DNA of 54,640 nt. Origin: a bacterium (lineage in GTDB: Bacteria; Patescibacteriota; Patescibacteriia; UBA2196). Positions 30,857 to 39,552 of the stretch are shown one piece after another. Each line of letters begins with the position of its first letter. Position 1 is the stretch's first letter. The notes beneath the pieces are model-generated. The model had not been told where the DNA came from and searched no databases. It worked only from the letters and a program-made list of their open reading frames with translations. A program made the translations under genes and the position numbers. The stretch covers positions 1 through 54,640 of the forward strand of contig DAOOQN010000005.1 of NCBI GenBank assembly GCA_035388785.1, in the 5' to 3' direction.

Positions 30857-31504
30857 TCAAAATTTTAGATTTTTTGTCGTCTGCCAAGATTCACCATCAA
30901 AAAAATAAGCTGGTTGAAGCTGTAGTTTATATTTGGCTTTTTCGTCCCAGATTGAACCCAAATAAAACTGGCTGATGTTTTTATCTCTGGCCCACAAAGC
31001 TGTTTTTAACAGCATGGTCATACCAGTACCTTGTTGAAAATATTCCAGATCGTAAAAAGGATAACTATAATGAAACAAATCCGCGGCTTCAAAACCAATG
31101 CACCAACCGATTGAATGGTTGTTTTTTTTATCTTGCAAAACAACCAGACGATTAAAATTTGATCTTAATGGATCAGTAATAAGTTCTTTAATTTTATTAG
31201 CACTAAAGATGTGAGCACCAAAACGGGTGCGATAAAATTCTGAGCCGACAGCATGAATGTGCCAATCGTATTTTTTCATATCAAACGGTAATTCTAGTAC
31301 TTTTATCTGAAGATCTTCACTTTTTCGTAAAATACGCCGGTTTTCAGAGGATAAAGAAAATTGTTTTAAATCAAGACGCAAACTTTTAATTTGATGCATT
31401 TCATTTTTAATTCTGGTTAACACAAAACCAGCATTATATTTTTCTATAATATTTTTGGTGTCTGAGTTCTCTAAGTTTGTTTTCTGCCAATATTTATAGC
31501 TCAT
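30857..31504 (-). CDS. Arginyl/leucyl-tRNA--protein transferase family (ATE_C/Bpt-like) protein
   Basis: LRLDLKQFSLSSENRRILRK matches the R.dv..F..s.s.RR.lr. pattern. SIGWCIGFEAADLFHYSYPFYD, GTGMTMLL and YLGSIWDEKAKYKLQLQP.YFFDGESW match YLGY.....KM.YK..f.P.e....W. The N-terminal Cys-rich ATE_N region is absent. The start is set at MSYKYWQ (31504), next to the tatD stop. Confidence 0.55.
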   Translation of the reverse strand: MSYKYWQKTNLENSDTKNIIEKYNAGFVLTRIKNEMHQIKSLRLDLKQFSLSSENRRILRKSEDLQIKVLELPFDMKKYDWHIHAVGSEFYRTRFGAHIFSANKIKELITDPLRSNFNRLVVLQDKKNNHSIGWCIGFEAADLFHYSYPFYDLEYFQQGTGMTMLLKTALWARDKNISQFYLGSIWDEKAKYKLQLQPAYFFDGESWQTTKNLKF

Positions 31505-31505
31505 A

Positions 31506-32291
31506 TTATTTTTTAAATAGTTGCTGCCAATTTTCAACGCTTGTTTGATAGACTTCTTCCGTGGTCAGACCCTTTAATGCAGCAACTTTTTGCGCTATCA
31601 ATTCTACATATTGCGGCAAATTTTGTTCCCCACGATGCGGCTCGGGCGTGAGCCATGGTGCATCGGTTTCCACCAAAATTTTATTTGAAGGGCAAAATTT
31701 TACGACTTCTCTTAAACTTTCCACTGATTTGTTTTTAAAGGTAATGATGCCGGTAAAACCAAGATAAAAATCCAAGTCTAAAAATTTTTGCGCAATTTCT
31801 AAATTAGCACCAAAGCAATGCACAACACCATTGATTCGTAACTGACTGATGATGGCCAAAATATCTAAATAAGCATCATCGGGATTATCTTTGCTGCCAC
31901 GCGCGTGCAAAATTACTGGCAAATTGTTTTCTATAGCAAATTCTAATTGTTGCTTAAATAATTCTTTCTGCTTTTCTTTTAGCTTTTGGTCATTATTAAA
32001 AAAATATTCTAAACCAATCTCGCCCACTGCCACCACCTTATTATTAATCAAATTTTTAAATTTTTCAGCAACAAACTTTTCATTCATACTTTCGGGATGC
32101 ATACCAATAGAAGCATATATGGATTGAGTAAAATATTCATTAGCAATATCTACCGCTCTTTTAGAGCTTTCAAAATCGGCACCAATGTTAACAATGCCGA
32201 TTCCTTTTTTTAAGCAATCGGCGATAATTTCCTGATAATTATCTTTAAAATCTGGAAAATTTAAATGAGTGTGTGAATCAATTAATTTCAT
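31506..32291 (-). CDS. tatD: TatD-family metal-dependent hydrolase
   Basis: MKLIDSHTHLNF, EIGLEYF, ILHARG, HCF and ETDAPWL motifs are present. Confidence 0.9.
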   Translation of the reverse strand: MKLIDSHTHLNFPDFKDNYQEIIADCLKKGIGIVNIGADFESSKRAVDIANEYFTQSIYASIGMHPESMNEKFVAEKFKNLINNKVVAVGEIGLEYFFNNDQKLKEKQKELFKQQLEFAIENNLPVILHARGSKDNPDDAYLDILAIISQLRINGVVHCFGANLEIAQKFLDLDFYLGFTGIITFKNKSVESLREVVKFCPSNKILVETDAPWLTPEPHRGEQNLPQYVELIAQKVAALKGLTTEEVYQTSVENWQQLFKK

Positions 32292-32812
32292 ATTTTAATA
32301 ATATCCTTAGCCTGTCTAAAAAAGTCTGGCAACAATGGCAAGAGCGTTTGCCCACAAGTATATAAAAATTTAGCAACATTTGAAGAAGAAATTATGTGCT
32401 CCAAAAAGCCAGCAAATGGAAACTTAACTGCAAAAACTAGCAAAACACCTAATACTAAACCACCCTCAATTAAACCCAAAACTGCTCCACTTAAACGATT
32501 AATAGTTTTTAAAAACGGGATGATGGTTAAAACATTAAAAAATTTATTTAACAGATAGAAAACCAAACCCACCAAACGACTGACAACAATAAAAATTAAA
32601 ACAAAACTAACAACTTTCACCAGATTTGGATTCATCCCAAAGGGTAAACCAATCATGCCAGAAATGAGTTCAAAATAATTAGTCGCTGCCACCGCACCTA
32701 CAACTGTGCCAACCAAAGCCCCCAGGGCATGGATTAAACCAAAAGCAAATCCACCCGCGCCAAAAGCGACTAAAATTATTACTAAAACAAAATCTAAAAT
32801 AGTGAGGGTCAT
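32288..32812 (-). CDS. cvpA: CvpA-family membrane protein
   Basis: 174 aa with 4 TM helices. The N-terminus LDFVLVIILVAFGAGGFAFG is typical of colicin V production protein family members. Confidence 0.7.
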   Translation of the reverse strand: MTLTILDFVLVIILVAFGAGGFAFGLIHALGALVGTVVGAVAATNYFELISGMIGLPFGMNPNLVKVVSFVLIFIVVSRLVGLVFYLLNKFFNVLTIIPFLKTINRLSGAVLGLIEGGLVLGVLLVFAVKFPFAGFLEHIISSSNVAKFLYTCGQTLLPLLPDFFRQAKDIIKI

Positions 32813-32831
32813 ATTTTAAAAAATTATAAAA

Positions 32832-34319
32832 TTATGGGGCTACTTCTATTTTTTCTAAATCAGCATCAGTAATACCTAAAGCTAACTTAGTAAAAATGTC
32901 GACTAAACTGTTCCAACGAATATTATGTCTAACACCTTTAAAATCAACATACCAAATTGCTCCACCTTGATTAACTTGCAATAAAAATTTTCCTTTAAAT
33001 TTATTGGCGAAAATTTTATTAGTTTTAAATTTATCAATACCTGGGCCAGATGTGTAGGGACTATATCCATTTTTTAGTTCTGTAATATCATTAAATCCGT
33101 CCCAATCAGTATCCAAGAGAGGATTAATACTGGAAATATCGGCCGGAATCTTTAATAAATTTTCATCACTAATACCCACAGCAAACTTTTGAAATAACGA
33201 AAGGGCATTTTGCCAAGTTACAGAATGTCTTTGATAATTTTTAGTATCTATATACCAGATAGCTCCGCCTTTTTGTACCTGAAGCAAAAGTCGACCAGCT
33301 AATCTTTTAGCAAATATTTTATCAATATTATATTGTGTAAAATCTACTTGCTTAATAAGACAATTATTATTTTCATTGCTTTCTGTAATTATGTTATTGG
33401 CATCGATACAAATTTCTATATTATTTATGCCATAAATAAATTCCTGACCAATTCTTCCTTCAAAATAATAACCAGGCGAAGAAAGTAAAAAGTTTGACTT
33501 GAACTCTCCAGAATCTGGGGTTGTTTCACCCAAAATTTGTCCATTGGTTAAATTTTTACCAATTATTTTAAAAGATGTTCCGGGTGTTGCTTCACCCAAA
33601 TTAATGGCTGAAAACTTAACCTGCCAGTCAAATTGACCACCAGTTTTTCTCAAATCTATTGACTGTATATTTTGAATAGCAAGATCAGTTTCTTTATTCT
33701 TATCAAGACAAACGCCGTTAGAGCAACCATTTGGACAATCATAACTTTCTTGGTAGACATATTTGTCTGTGCCGCAAAAAAATTCATTTAATTTGATACC
33801 GGAGAGACAACTATCATTAAAATTTGATACGGGTAAATCCTTGCCCCATTCAGCAACTCCGTTGGCACTGCCAGCTTGACTATAATTTCTACCACTATCG
33901 TCTTCAGTGCAAACAGGCACTGGTTTATAAAATTTTTTTATTACTGAATTATTATTTTCATTAGATTCGCTAAAAAAATTATGCGGGTCTATTATAGCTT
34001 GCAAGCGATAACTACTGCGATTGCTGTTTTTAAGAACTCCAAGATAAAATTTATAAGCTGTATTAGTCCAATACATTTGTTCGTTTTCTTGATAATATGA
34101 TTCATTAGTGTCTAGATCAATTATTTCGATTGACAGTTTGCCAAAGGCGGTGTTACTGCCAGTATTTTGAAAATAGACCCAAAGCTCATCGGCTCCTTCT
34201 AGGGTGATATCTGTGATAACAAAATCATATAAATTGTCAGCTTTAACAATAATCGGCGTAATCAAAAAACAAATTAATAAAAATAAAAAAAATATTTTTT
34301 TCATAAATTTTGTTTCCAT
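32832..34319 (-). CDS. Secreted multi-domain surface protein (two CARDB-like modules, a Cys-rich module, and two C-terminal about 55-aa repeats)
   Basis: Signal peptide MKKIFFLFLLICFLITPIIVKA. The motif ESNENNN ends two CARDB-like domains. A tandem C-terminal repeat is present (GRLLLQVQKGGAIWYIDTKNYQRHSV.. and GKFLLQVNQGGAIWYVDFKGVRHNI..). The upstream 68 codons of the track ORF overlap metG and are rejected. Confidence 0.7.
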   Translation of the reverse strand: METKFMKKIFFLFLLICFLITPIIVKADNLYDFVITDITLEGADELWVYFQNTGSNTAFGKLSIEIIDLDTNESYYQENEQMYWTNTAYKFYLGVLKNSNRSSYRLQAIIDPHNFFSESNENNNSVIKKFYKPVPVCTEDDSGRNYSQAGSANGVAEWGKDLPVSNFNDSCLSGIKLNEFFCGTDKYVYQESYDCPNGCSNGVCLDKNKETDLAIQNIQSIDLRKTGGQFDWQVKFSAINLGEATPGTSFKIIGKNLTNGQILGETTPDSGEFKSNFLLSSPGYYFEGRIGQEFIYGINNIEICIDANNIITESNENNNCLIKQVDFTQYNIDKIFAKRLAGRLLLQVQKGGAIWYIDTKNYQRHSVTWQNALSLFQKFAVGISDENLLKIPADISSINPLLDTDWDGFNDITELKNGYSPYTSGPGIDKFKTNKIFANKFKGKFLLQVNQGGAIWYVDFKGVRHNIRWNSLVDIFTKLALGITDADLEKIEVAP

Positions 34320-34348
34320 AAAAATGGAAAATATTTTTAAAAATAAAT

Positions 34349-35773
34349 TTATACTCTTGGAAATAATGGTTCGCTTTTGATAATTTTCTCGGCAGTAAAG
34401 GTTTTGATTATTTTTTCCGCAGTTGTTGGCATAAAAGGTCCGAGTAGGATTGCCACATTGAGAATATCTTGGGCAATTGGTTCTAGAATTTTCTTTAATT
34501 CTGACGTATCTTTGATTTTCCATGGCTCGGTTCTAGTGATAGTTTCGTCACAGGCGCGGAGTTTGGCCCAAAGAATTTCTAAGGCTTCATTGAATTTATA
34601 TTCTGATAATTTTTGATCAAATTTATTTTTTAACTCTCCGTCACTATTGGCATCCAATTTGAGTGATAAATTGTTTTTATCAATCAAATTAGAAACGCGG
34701 GAGACAAGATTGCCAAGACCATTACACAAATCAGCAGTATAAGCTTCTTTAAATTTCTCTTCAGTATAATCACCATCTTCGACTGGGGAAATTTTAGCCA
34801 GCAAATAATAACGCAGTGCATCAGTACCAAATTTTTTTAATAATTCAAAAGGATTAACCACATTGCCAAGAGATTTACTCATTTTTTCACCACCCGCAGT
34901 TATAAAACCATGAATAAAAATTTGTTTGGAATTTGCTAAACCCGCCGACATCAACATAGCCTGCCACATAGCAGTTTGCTGGCGCAAATTATCTTTACCA
35001 GCTACCTGTACCCCTGGCCAAAAATTATTAAAATTATCTAGATTCTCTGGCCAACCCAAACAAGAAATATAATTAACTAAAGCATCAAACCAAACATACA
35101 TGACTTGAGTCTCGTCACCAGGCACACTTACACCCCAAGGCATTTTTTCTTTCAGACGAGAAATACTAAAATCTTCTAAACCGCTCATCACAAAATTTTT
35201 TATTTCATGCAAACGATGAGCAGGCACAACAAATTCTGAATTTTTTTCATATAATTCTAAGAGGGCTTGTTGATATTTAGAAAAACGAAAAAAATAATTT
35301 TCTTCAGCAATTAATTCTAATTCTAAGTTGGGATGCACCGGGCATTTATTATCAACTAATTCTGATTCTGTTTTTTCTAGCTCACAACCCACACAATATT
35401 TCACACTATAATTTTTTTTATAAATATCACCATTTTTCTCGCAACGCTGCCAAAATTCTTGGACTGCTTTTATGTGTTCGGCATCTGTAGTGCGCACAAA
35501 ATTGTTATAACTTAAATTTAAAGCTGATTTTAAGCTGTCAAATTTAGCTGCATATTCATCGCAATATTTTTGAGGATCAATTCCAAGTTCCAATGCTTTT
35601 CTATAAATTTTTAAGCCATGTTCATCTGTGCCAGTATTAAAAAATACTTTATCGCCTTGTAGGCGATGCCAACGTGCTAAAGCATCAGCTTGAATAATTT
35701 CTAAAGCAAAACCAATATGCGGTTCGGCATTGACATAGGGCAGAGTTGTAGTGATGTAATATTTATTTCTCAT
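34349..35773 (-). CDS. metG: Methionine--tRNA ligase
   Basis: TTTLPYVNAEPHIGF (HIGH region), the CxxC knuckle YCVGCE...CPVH, and KMSKSLGN are present. Confidence 0.95.
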   Translation of the reverse strand: MRNKYYITTTLPYVNAEPHIGFALEIIQADALARWHRLQGDKVFFNTGTDEHGLKIYRKALELGIDPQKYCDEYAAKFDSLKSALNLSYNNFVRTTDAEHIKAVQEFWQRCEKNGDIYKKNYSVKYCVGCELEKTESELVDNKCPVHPNLELELIAEENYFFRFSKYQQALLELYEKNSEFVVPAHRLHEIKNFVMSGLEDFSISRLKEKMPWGVSVPGDETQVMYVWFDALVNYISCLGWPENLDNFNNFWPGVQVAGKDNLRQQTAMWQAMLMSAGLANSKQIFIHGFITAGGEKMSKSLGNVVNPFELLKKFGTDALRYYLLAKISPVEDGDYTEEKFKEAYTADLCNGLGNLVSRVSNLIDKNNLSLKLDANSDGELKNKFDQKLSEYKFNEALEILWAKLRACDETITRTEPWKIKDTSELKKILEPIAQDILNVAILLGPFMPTTAEKIIKTFTAEKIIKSEPLFPRV

Positions 35774-35776
35774 AAT

Positions 35777-36460
35777 TTAATTTATAACAATCACGAATTC
35801 ACCTTTGGGTTGATTATTTTTAAATTCCTTTTTTATTTGTTCTAAAACTTCATTAGCTTGCCCTCGATAAATGGTTTCAAATTTTTTTGTTAGTTCGCGA
35901 CAGACAACCAAACGAATTGGTTTAATTGTATCACGACCCAATACTTCAATTTGTTCTAAACATTTTAAAATTCTATGACACGACTCATAAAATACAATTG
36001 TTTCTTTTGATTCTAAGACCTGACGCATAAAAGTTTCTCTACCCTTTTTATGCGGCACAAAACCTTTAAAAATAAACTTATCAGTTGGCAAGCCGGAAAT
36101 GGATAAAGCCGCAATGACAGCGCTAGCGCCTGGAATGGGTACAATGGGCAGATTATAATCTGTTTGCACAATTTTATTAATCAATATATTGCCCGGATCA
36201 GAAATGCCGGGTGTGCCAGCATCAGTAATTAAAGCCACCTCATTATTTTTTATTAACTCAATAATTTCCTGAATTTTTTGCTCAGTACTATGGTGATGAT
36301 AACTGATTAATTTTTTATTGGTTATTTCATAATGATCCAGAAGTTTTTTGGAAACGCGTGTATCTTCACATAAAATATAATCAACTTCTTTTAAAATACG
36401 CAAAGCGCGCAGGGTAATGTCTTCTAAGTTTCCAATGGGTGTGGCAACGATATATAACAT
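35777..36460 (-). CDS. rsmI: 16S rRNA (cytidine1402-2'-O)-methyltransferase
   Basis: LYIVATPIGNLEDITLRALRIL....ILCEDTR and TDAGTPGISDPG are canonical RsmI motifs. Confidence 0.9.
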   Translation of the reverse strand: MLYIVATPIGNLEDITLRALRILKEVDYILCEDTRVSKKLLDHYEITNKKLISYHHHSTEQKIQEIIELIKNNEVALITDAGTPGISDPGNILINKIVQTDYNLPIVPIPGASAVIAALSISGLPTDKFIFKGFVPHKKGRETFMRQVLESKETIVFYESCHRILKCLEQIEVLGRDTIKPIRLVVCRELTKKFETIYRGQANEVLEQIKKEFKNNQPKGEFVIVIN

Positions 36461-36475
36461 AATTTTTGCGCTTTA

Positions 36476-37537
36476 TTATTCTTCATTTTTGTTTTCACCT
36501 GTAGTATCCTCCAAAATGTCTTTATAGCGTGGAAAATTATCTTCAACCACCACATCAATAATGGCAGCAACCGGCACAGCCAAAAGCGCACCGACCACAC
36601 CACCCAACGAACCACCCACTAAAATGGCCACCATTACCACCACTGGATTTAAACCAACTGATTTTTGCATAATTTTTGGCACCAACAAACTATTTTCAAC
36701 TTGTTGAACAATTAAATAAACCAGAGCCACCATCAAAACTTTGGTAAATGAATCAGAAAAAGCAATAAAAATACCTGGCACAGCACCAATAATTGGACCG
36801 ACATAAGGTATAATCTCAGTAATGGCAGCAATCAAACCCAACAACAAAGCGTACTTGACACCCATGATCAATAATAAAAGATAAACCATTAACCCCACTA
36901 AAAGACAAAGTATTAATTGTCCTCTTAACCAAAAACCTAATTTAGTCTGAATTTTATCAATTAAATGCATAATCTCCGCGCGTTTTTTTAAAGGAACTAA
37001 AAACTGTAAAAAATATTTAACCCCATTTTCTTGAACCATAAGATAAAAAACAATCACCAAAAAAGAAACCAAGGAAACCAATCCACCAAAAATACCAGTA
37101 ATGGTGGAAAAAACACCGCTGGTGGCTCCAGCCAAATTAGAACTTAAGCCCGAGAGAGCCTGCGGCAGGGTGGCTGGCACATTTTGTTGGCCATCACCTA
37201 AGCGATTAAAACCCAATGCAATGCGTTCATAATAATCCGGTAAATTACTGGCTAGCTGCCCGGCCTGTTCAGAAACTGCTGGCACCAAAGAAACAATCAT
37301 TAAACTAACTATACCAAATAAAATTAAATAGATTGCCAAAATGGAAACCGCGCGAGGAATCTTTTTTTTATGTAAATAATCTACAAAAGGATCCAAAGCC
37401 GCAGCCACCACCACAGCCACAAATAATAAACCAACCACGTCACGAATGACGTATAAAAATGCCAAGCCTAAAATTACTATAACGACCTTAAAAATTGAAG
37501 CGTAAGAAATTGAATTTGTGTTTTTAGTTGCAAGCAT
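36476..37537 (-). CDS. AI-2E family transporter (PerM/UPF0118)
   Basis: 353 aa with about 8 TM helices. The family-typical segment IPYVGPIIGAVP is present. Confidence 0.8.
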   Translation of the reverse strand: MLATKNTNSISYASIFKVVIVILGLAFLYVIRDVVGLLFVAVVVAAALDPFVDYLHKKKIPRAVSILAIYLILFGIVSLMIVSLVPAVSEQAGQLASNLPDYYERIALGFNRLGDGQQNVPATLPQALSGLSSNLAGATSGVFSTITGIFGGLVSLVSFLVIVFYLMVQENGVKYFLQFLVPLKKRAEIMHLIDKIQTKLGFWLRGQLILCLLVGLMVYLLLLIMGVKYALLLGLIAAITEIIPYVGPIIGAVPGIFIAFSDSFTKVLMVALVYLIVQQVENSLLVPKIMQKSVGLNPVVVMVAILVGGSLGGVVGALLAVPVAAIIDVVVEDNFPRYKDILEDTTGENKNEE

Positions 37538-37556
37538 AAAATTATTTTTATGTAAA

Positions 37557-38822
37557 TTAAATTTTAATTATTTTTAAAAATTCTTGTGCATTTTTAAATG
37601 GACCAATTAAAGCCAAATTTAATTTATTGGTTTGAAAAATTTTCTTAGCCACAGCGTCAAGAGCGGTTTTTTTAACAGACATAATTAATTTGATTTTTTC
37701 TGTTGGCGTTTTGATTTTACCCAACATTAATTCCTGCCGGCCATACCAATCCGCCACGCTGGAGGAATCTTCCATTCCCAAAATTAAATGGCCTTTTAAA
37801 AATTCTTGGGCTTTTTTTAATTCCTCAATAGTGATACCTTGATTTTTAATTTTTCTTACTTCTTCTAAAATTAACTCGATGGCTTTAAAAATTCTTTTTT
37901 TATCCAAACCAGCTGAAATATTAAACATACCAGTGTCTTGCGTAGCATCATGGCTAGCACGGATATAATAACAAAGTCCATGGCGTTCGCGAATATTAAT
38001 AAATAACCTAGAACTCATGGAACCACCTAAAATAACTCCTAAAAGCTGCACAGCCATTAAATCCTTATCAGCTAATTTTGGCCCAGTGAAACCAAATGAC
38101 AAATGCACTTGTTCTGTTTTCTTGTATTGCAATTTGATTTGTGGTTGAGTTTGAAACTCTTTAAATTTTTCAAAACTATTCTTTTTATTATTAAAAACTT
38201 CATCTCCAAATTTTTTTTCTATGTCTTTTTTAACCTGATTAATATTTATTTTACCAGCAATGCTAATAACACAATTTTTTGGTGTATAGTTTTTTTGCCA
38301 ATATTTTAGCATGTTTTCACGAGTGGTTTTAGAAACTGTTTTTTTAGAACCAGCTACATTTCTAGCCAGACTATTGCCTTTGAATAGAATTTCCATGATT
38401 AAATTTTCAATGTTCATCTTGGGAGTATCTTCGTACATATTTATCTCTTCAATAATAGTGCCCTTTTCTCGGTCTATTTCCTCTTTATCCAGTTTAGAAT
38501 TATGTAGCATATCAGAAAGCATGTCCAAACCCAAGTTTATGTGTTCGCTATTAACTTTAATCCAATAACCGGTATTATCCATTGAAGTATAAGCATTAAA
38601 CTGCGCACCAACTTGATCCAATTCTTTGGACAGGGCCAAGGTGTCAGGTCTTTTAGTGGTCCCCTTAAACATCATATGCTCCAAAAAATGCGATATACCG
38701 GCAATGTCTTCAGTTTCATGGCGTGAACCCACACTGTATAAAACCAAAATCGTCACCGCCTCTGTACCTCTAAGCGGAGTTAATATAATTCGTGTACCAT
38801 TTTTTAAAGTATATTTTTGCAT
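37557..38822 (-). CDS. M16-family (pitrilysin/insulinase) zinc peptidase
   Basis: The inverted zinc motif HFLEHMMFKGT (HxxEH) is present, and the length of 421 aa fits. Confidence 0.85.
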   Translation of the reverse strand: MQKYTLKNGTRIILTPLRGTEAVTILVLYSVGSRHETEDIAGISHFLEHMMFKGTTKRPDTLALSKELDQVGAQFNAYTSMDNTGYWIKVNSEHINLGLDMLSDMLHNSKLDKEEIDREKGTIIEEINMYEDTPKMNIENLIMEILFKGNSLARNVAGSKKTVSKTTRENMLKYWQKNYTPKNCVISIAGKININQVKKDIEKKFGDEVFNNKKNSFEKFKEFQTQPQIKLQYKKTEQVHLSFGFTGPKLADKDLMAVQLLGVILGGSMSSRLFINIRERHGLCYYIRASHDATQDTGMFNISAGLDKKRIFKAIELILEEVRKIKNQGITIEELKKAQEFLKGHLILGMEDSSSVADWYGRQELMLGKIKTPTEKIKLIMSVKKTALDAVAKKIFQTNKLNLALIGPFKNAQEFLKIIKI

Positions 38823-38827
38823 AAAAT

Positions 38828-39550
38828 TTATTGTTTTCTAAACACACAAACCAATGCTTGACCATAATTTTTTAAACCCGACAATTGGCAGAAAAAACTA
38901 TCAATCTCGTGGATAAAATTATTACTGTACCAAAACCTGGGGATACCATACAGATGCAAAGGAGGAAACAGTGTGCTGGCGCGTGATTTACTCAATTTAA
39001 AACCACAGCCCTCAACAATAGCAATCCATTCTTTGGGCGAATGAAATTGATTGTGTTCGTCTGGATTCCAGGTGGTAGATTTAATTGTTTTACTTTTTCT
39101 CCCCAAAATATGCCCAATCTTAGAAACAAAATCGGTAAATTTATCGTGCATAGTTGGAAAAGTAATTAAGAATTCGCCAGTTGGTTTTAATAATCGATTG
39201 GCTTCCAAACAAAGTTTTTGCGGATTTTGTACATGTTCCACAATATCTATGGCAATAGCTTTATCAAAACTTTGATCGGACAAAGGTATGGCTTCCACAT
39301 TACTACAAACTGTTTTATAATTATTCACCCCATACATACGCATGGCTTCGTGTGATTTTTCTAGCCTTTTTTCATCCAGATCAACTCCTACCATTTCTTT
39401 ATATTGGCCAGCATAAGCAATGGCCTGCGGGCCCTGGCCACAACCAATATTAACCACCCGATCTTCTTTATTGAAAGGAAAAAATTCTGGATAAATACGA
39501 CTGGACACAAGTTTGCCTTTTAAAAAACCAAAAGCATCGGGCTGGTGCAT
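38828..39550 (-). CDS. Class I SAM-dependent methyltransferase
   Basis: VVNIGCGQGPQA (motif I), the acidic loop VGVDLD, and AIDIVEHV (post II/III) are present. Confidence 0.75.
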   Translation of the reverse strand: MHQPDAFGFLKGKLVSSRIYPEFFPFNKEDRVVNIGCGQGPQAIAYAGQYKEMVGVDLDEKRLEKSHEAMRMYGVNNYKTVCSNVEAIPLSDQSFDKAIAIDIVEHVQNPQKLCLEANRLLKPTGEFLITFPTMHDKFTDFVSKIGHILGRKSKTIKSTTWNPDEHNQFHSPKEWIAIVEGCGFKLSKSRASTLFPPLHLYGIPRFWYSNNFIHEIDSFFCQLSGLKNYGQALVCVFRKQ

Positions 39551-39552
39551 AA

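Noticed and set aside
34320-34523. The N-terminal 68-73 codons of the 563-aa track ORF, which overlap the 3' end of metG.
   Set aside because: The true start is almost certainly at 34319 or 34304, where a classic signal peptide (MKKIFFLFLLICFL) begins right after the metG stop. The upstream part is an out-of-frame shadow of metG.
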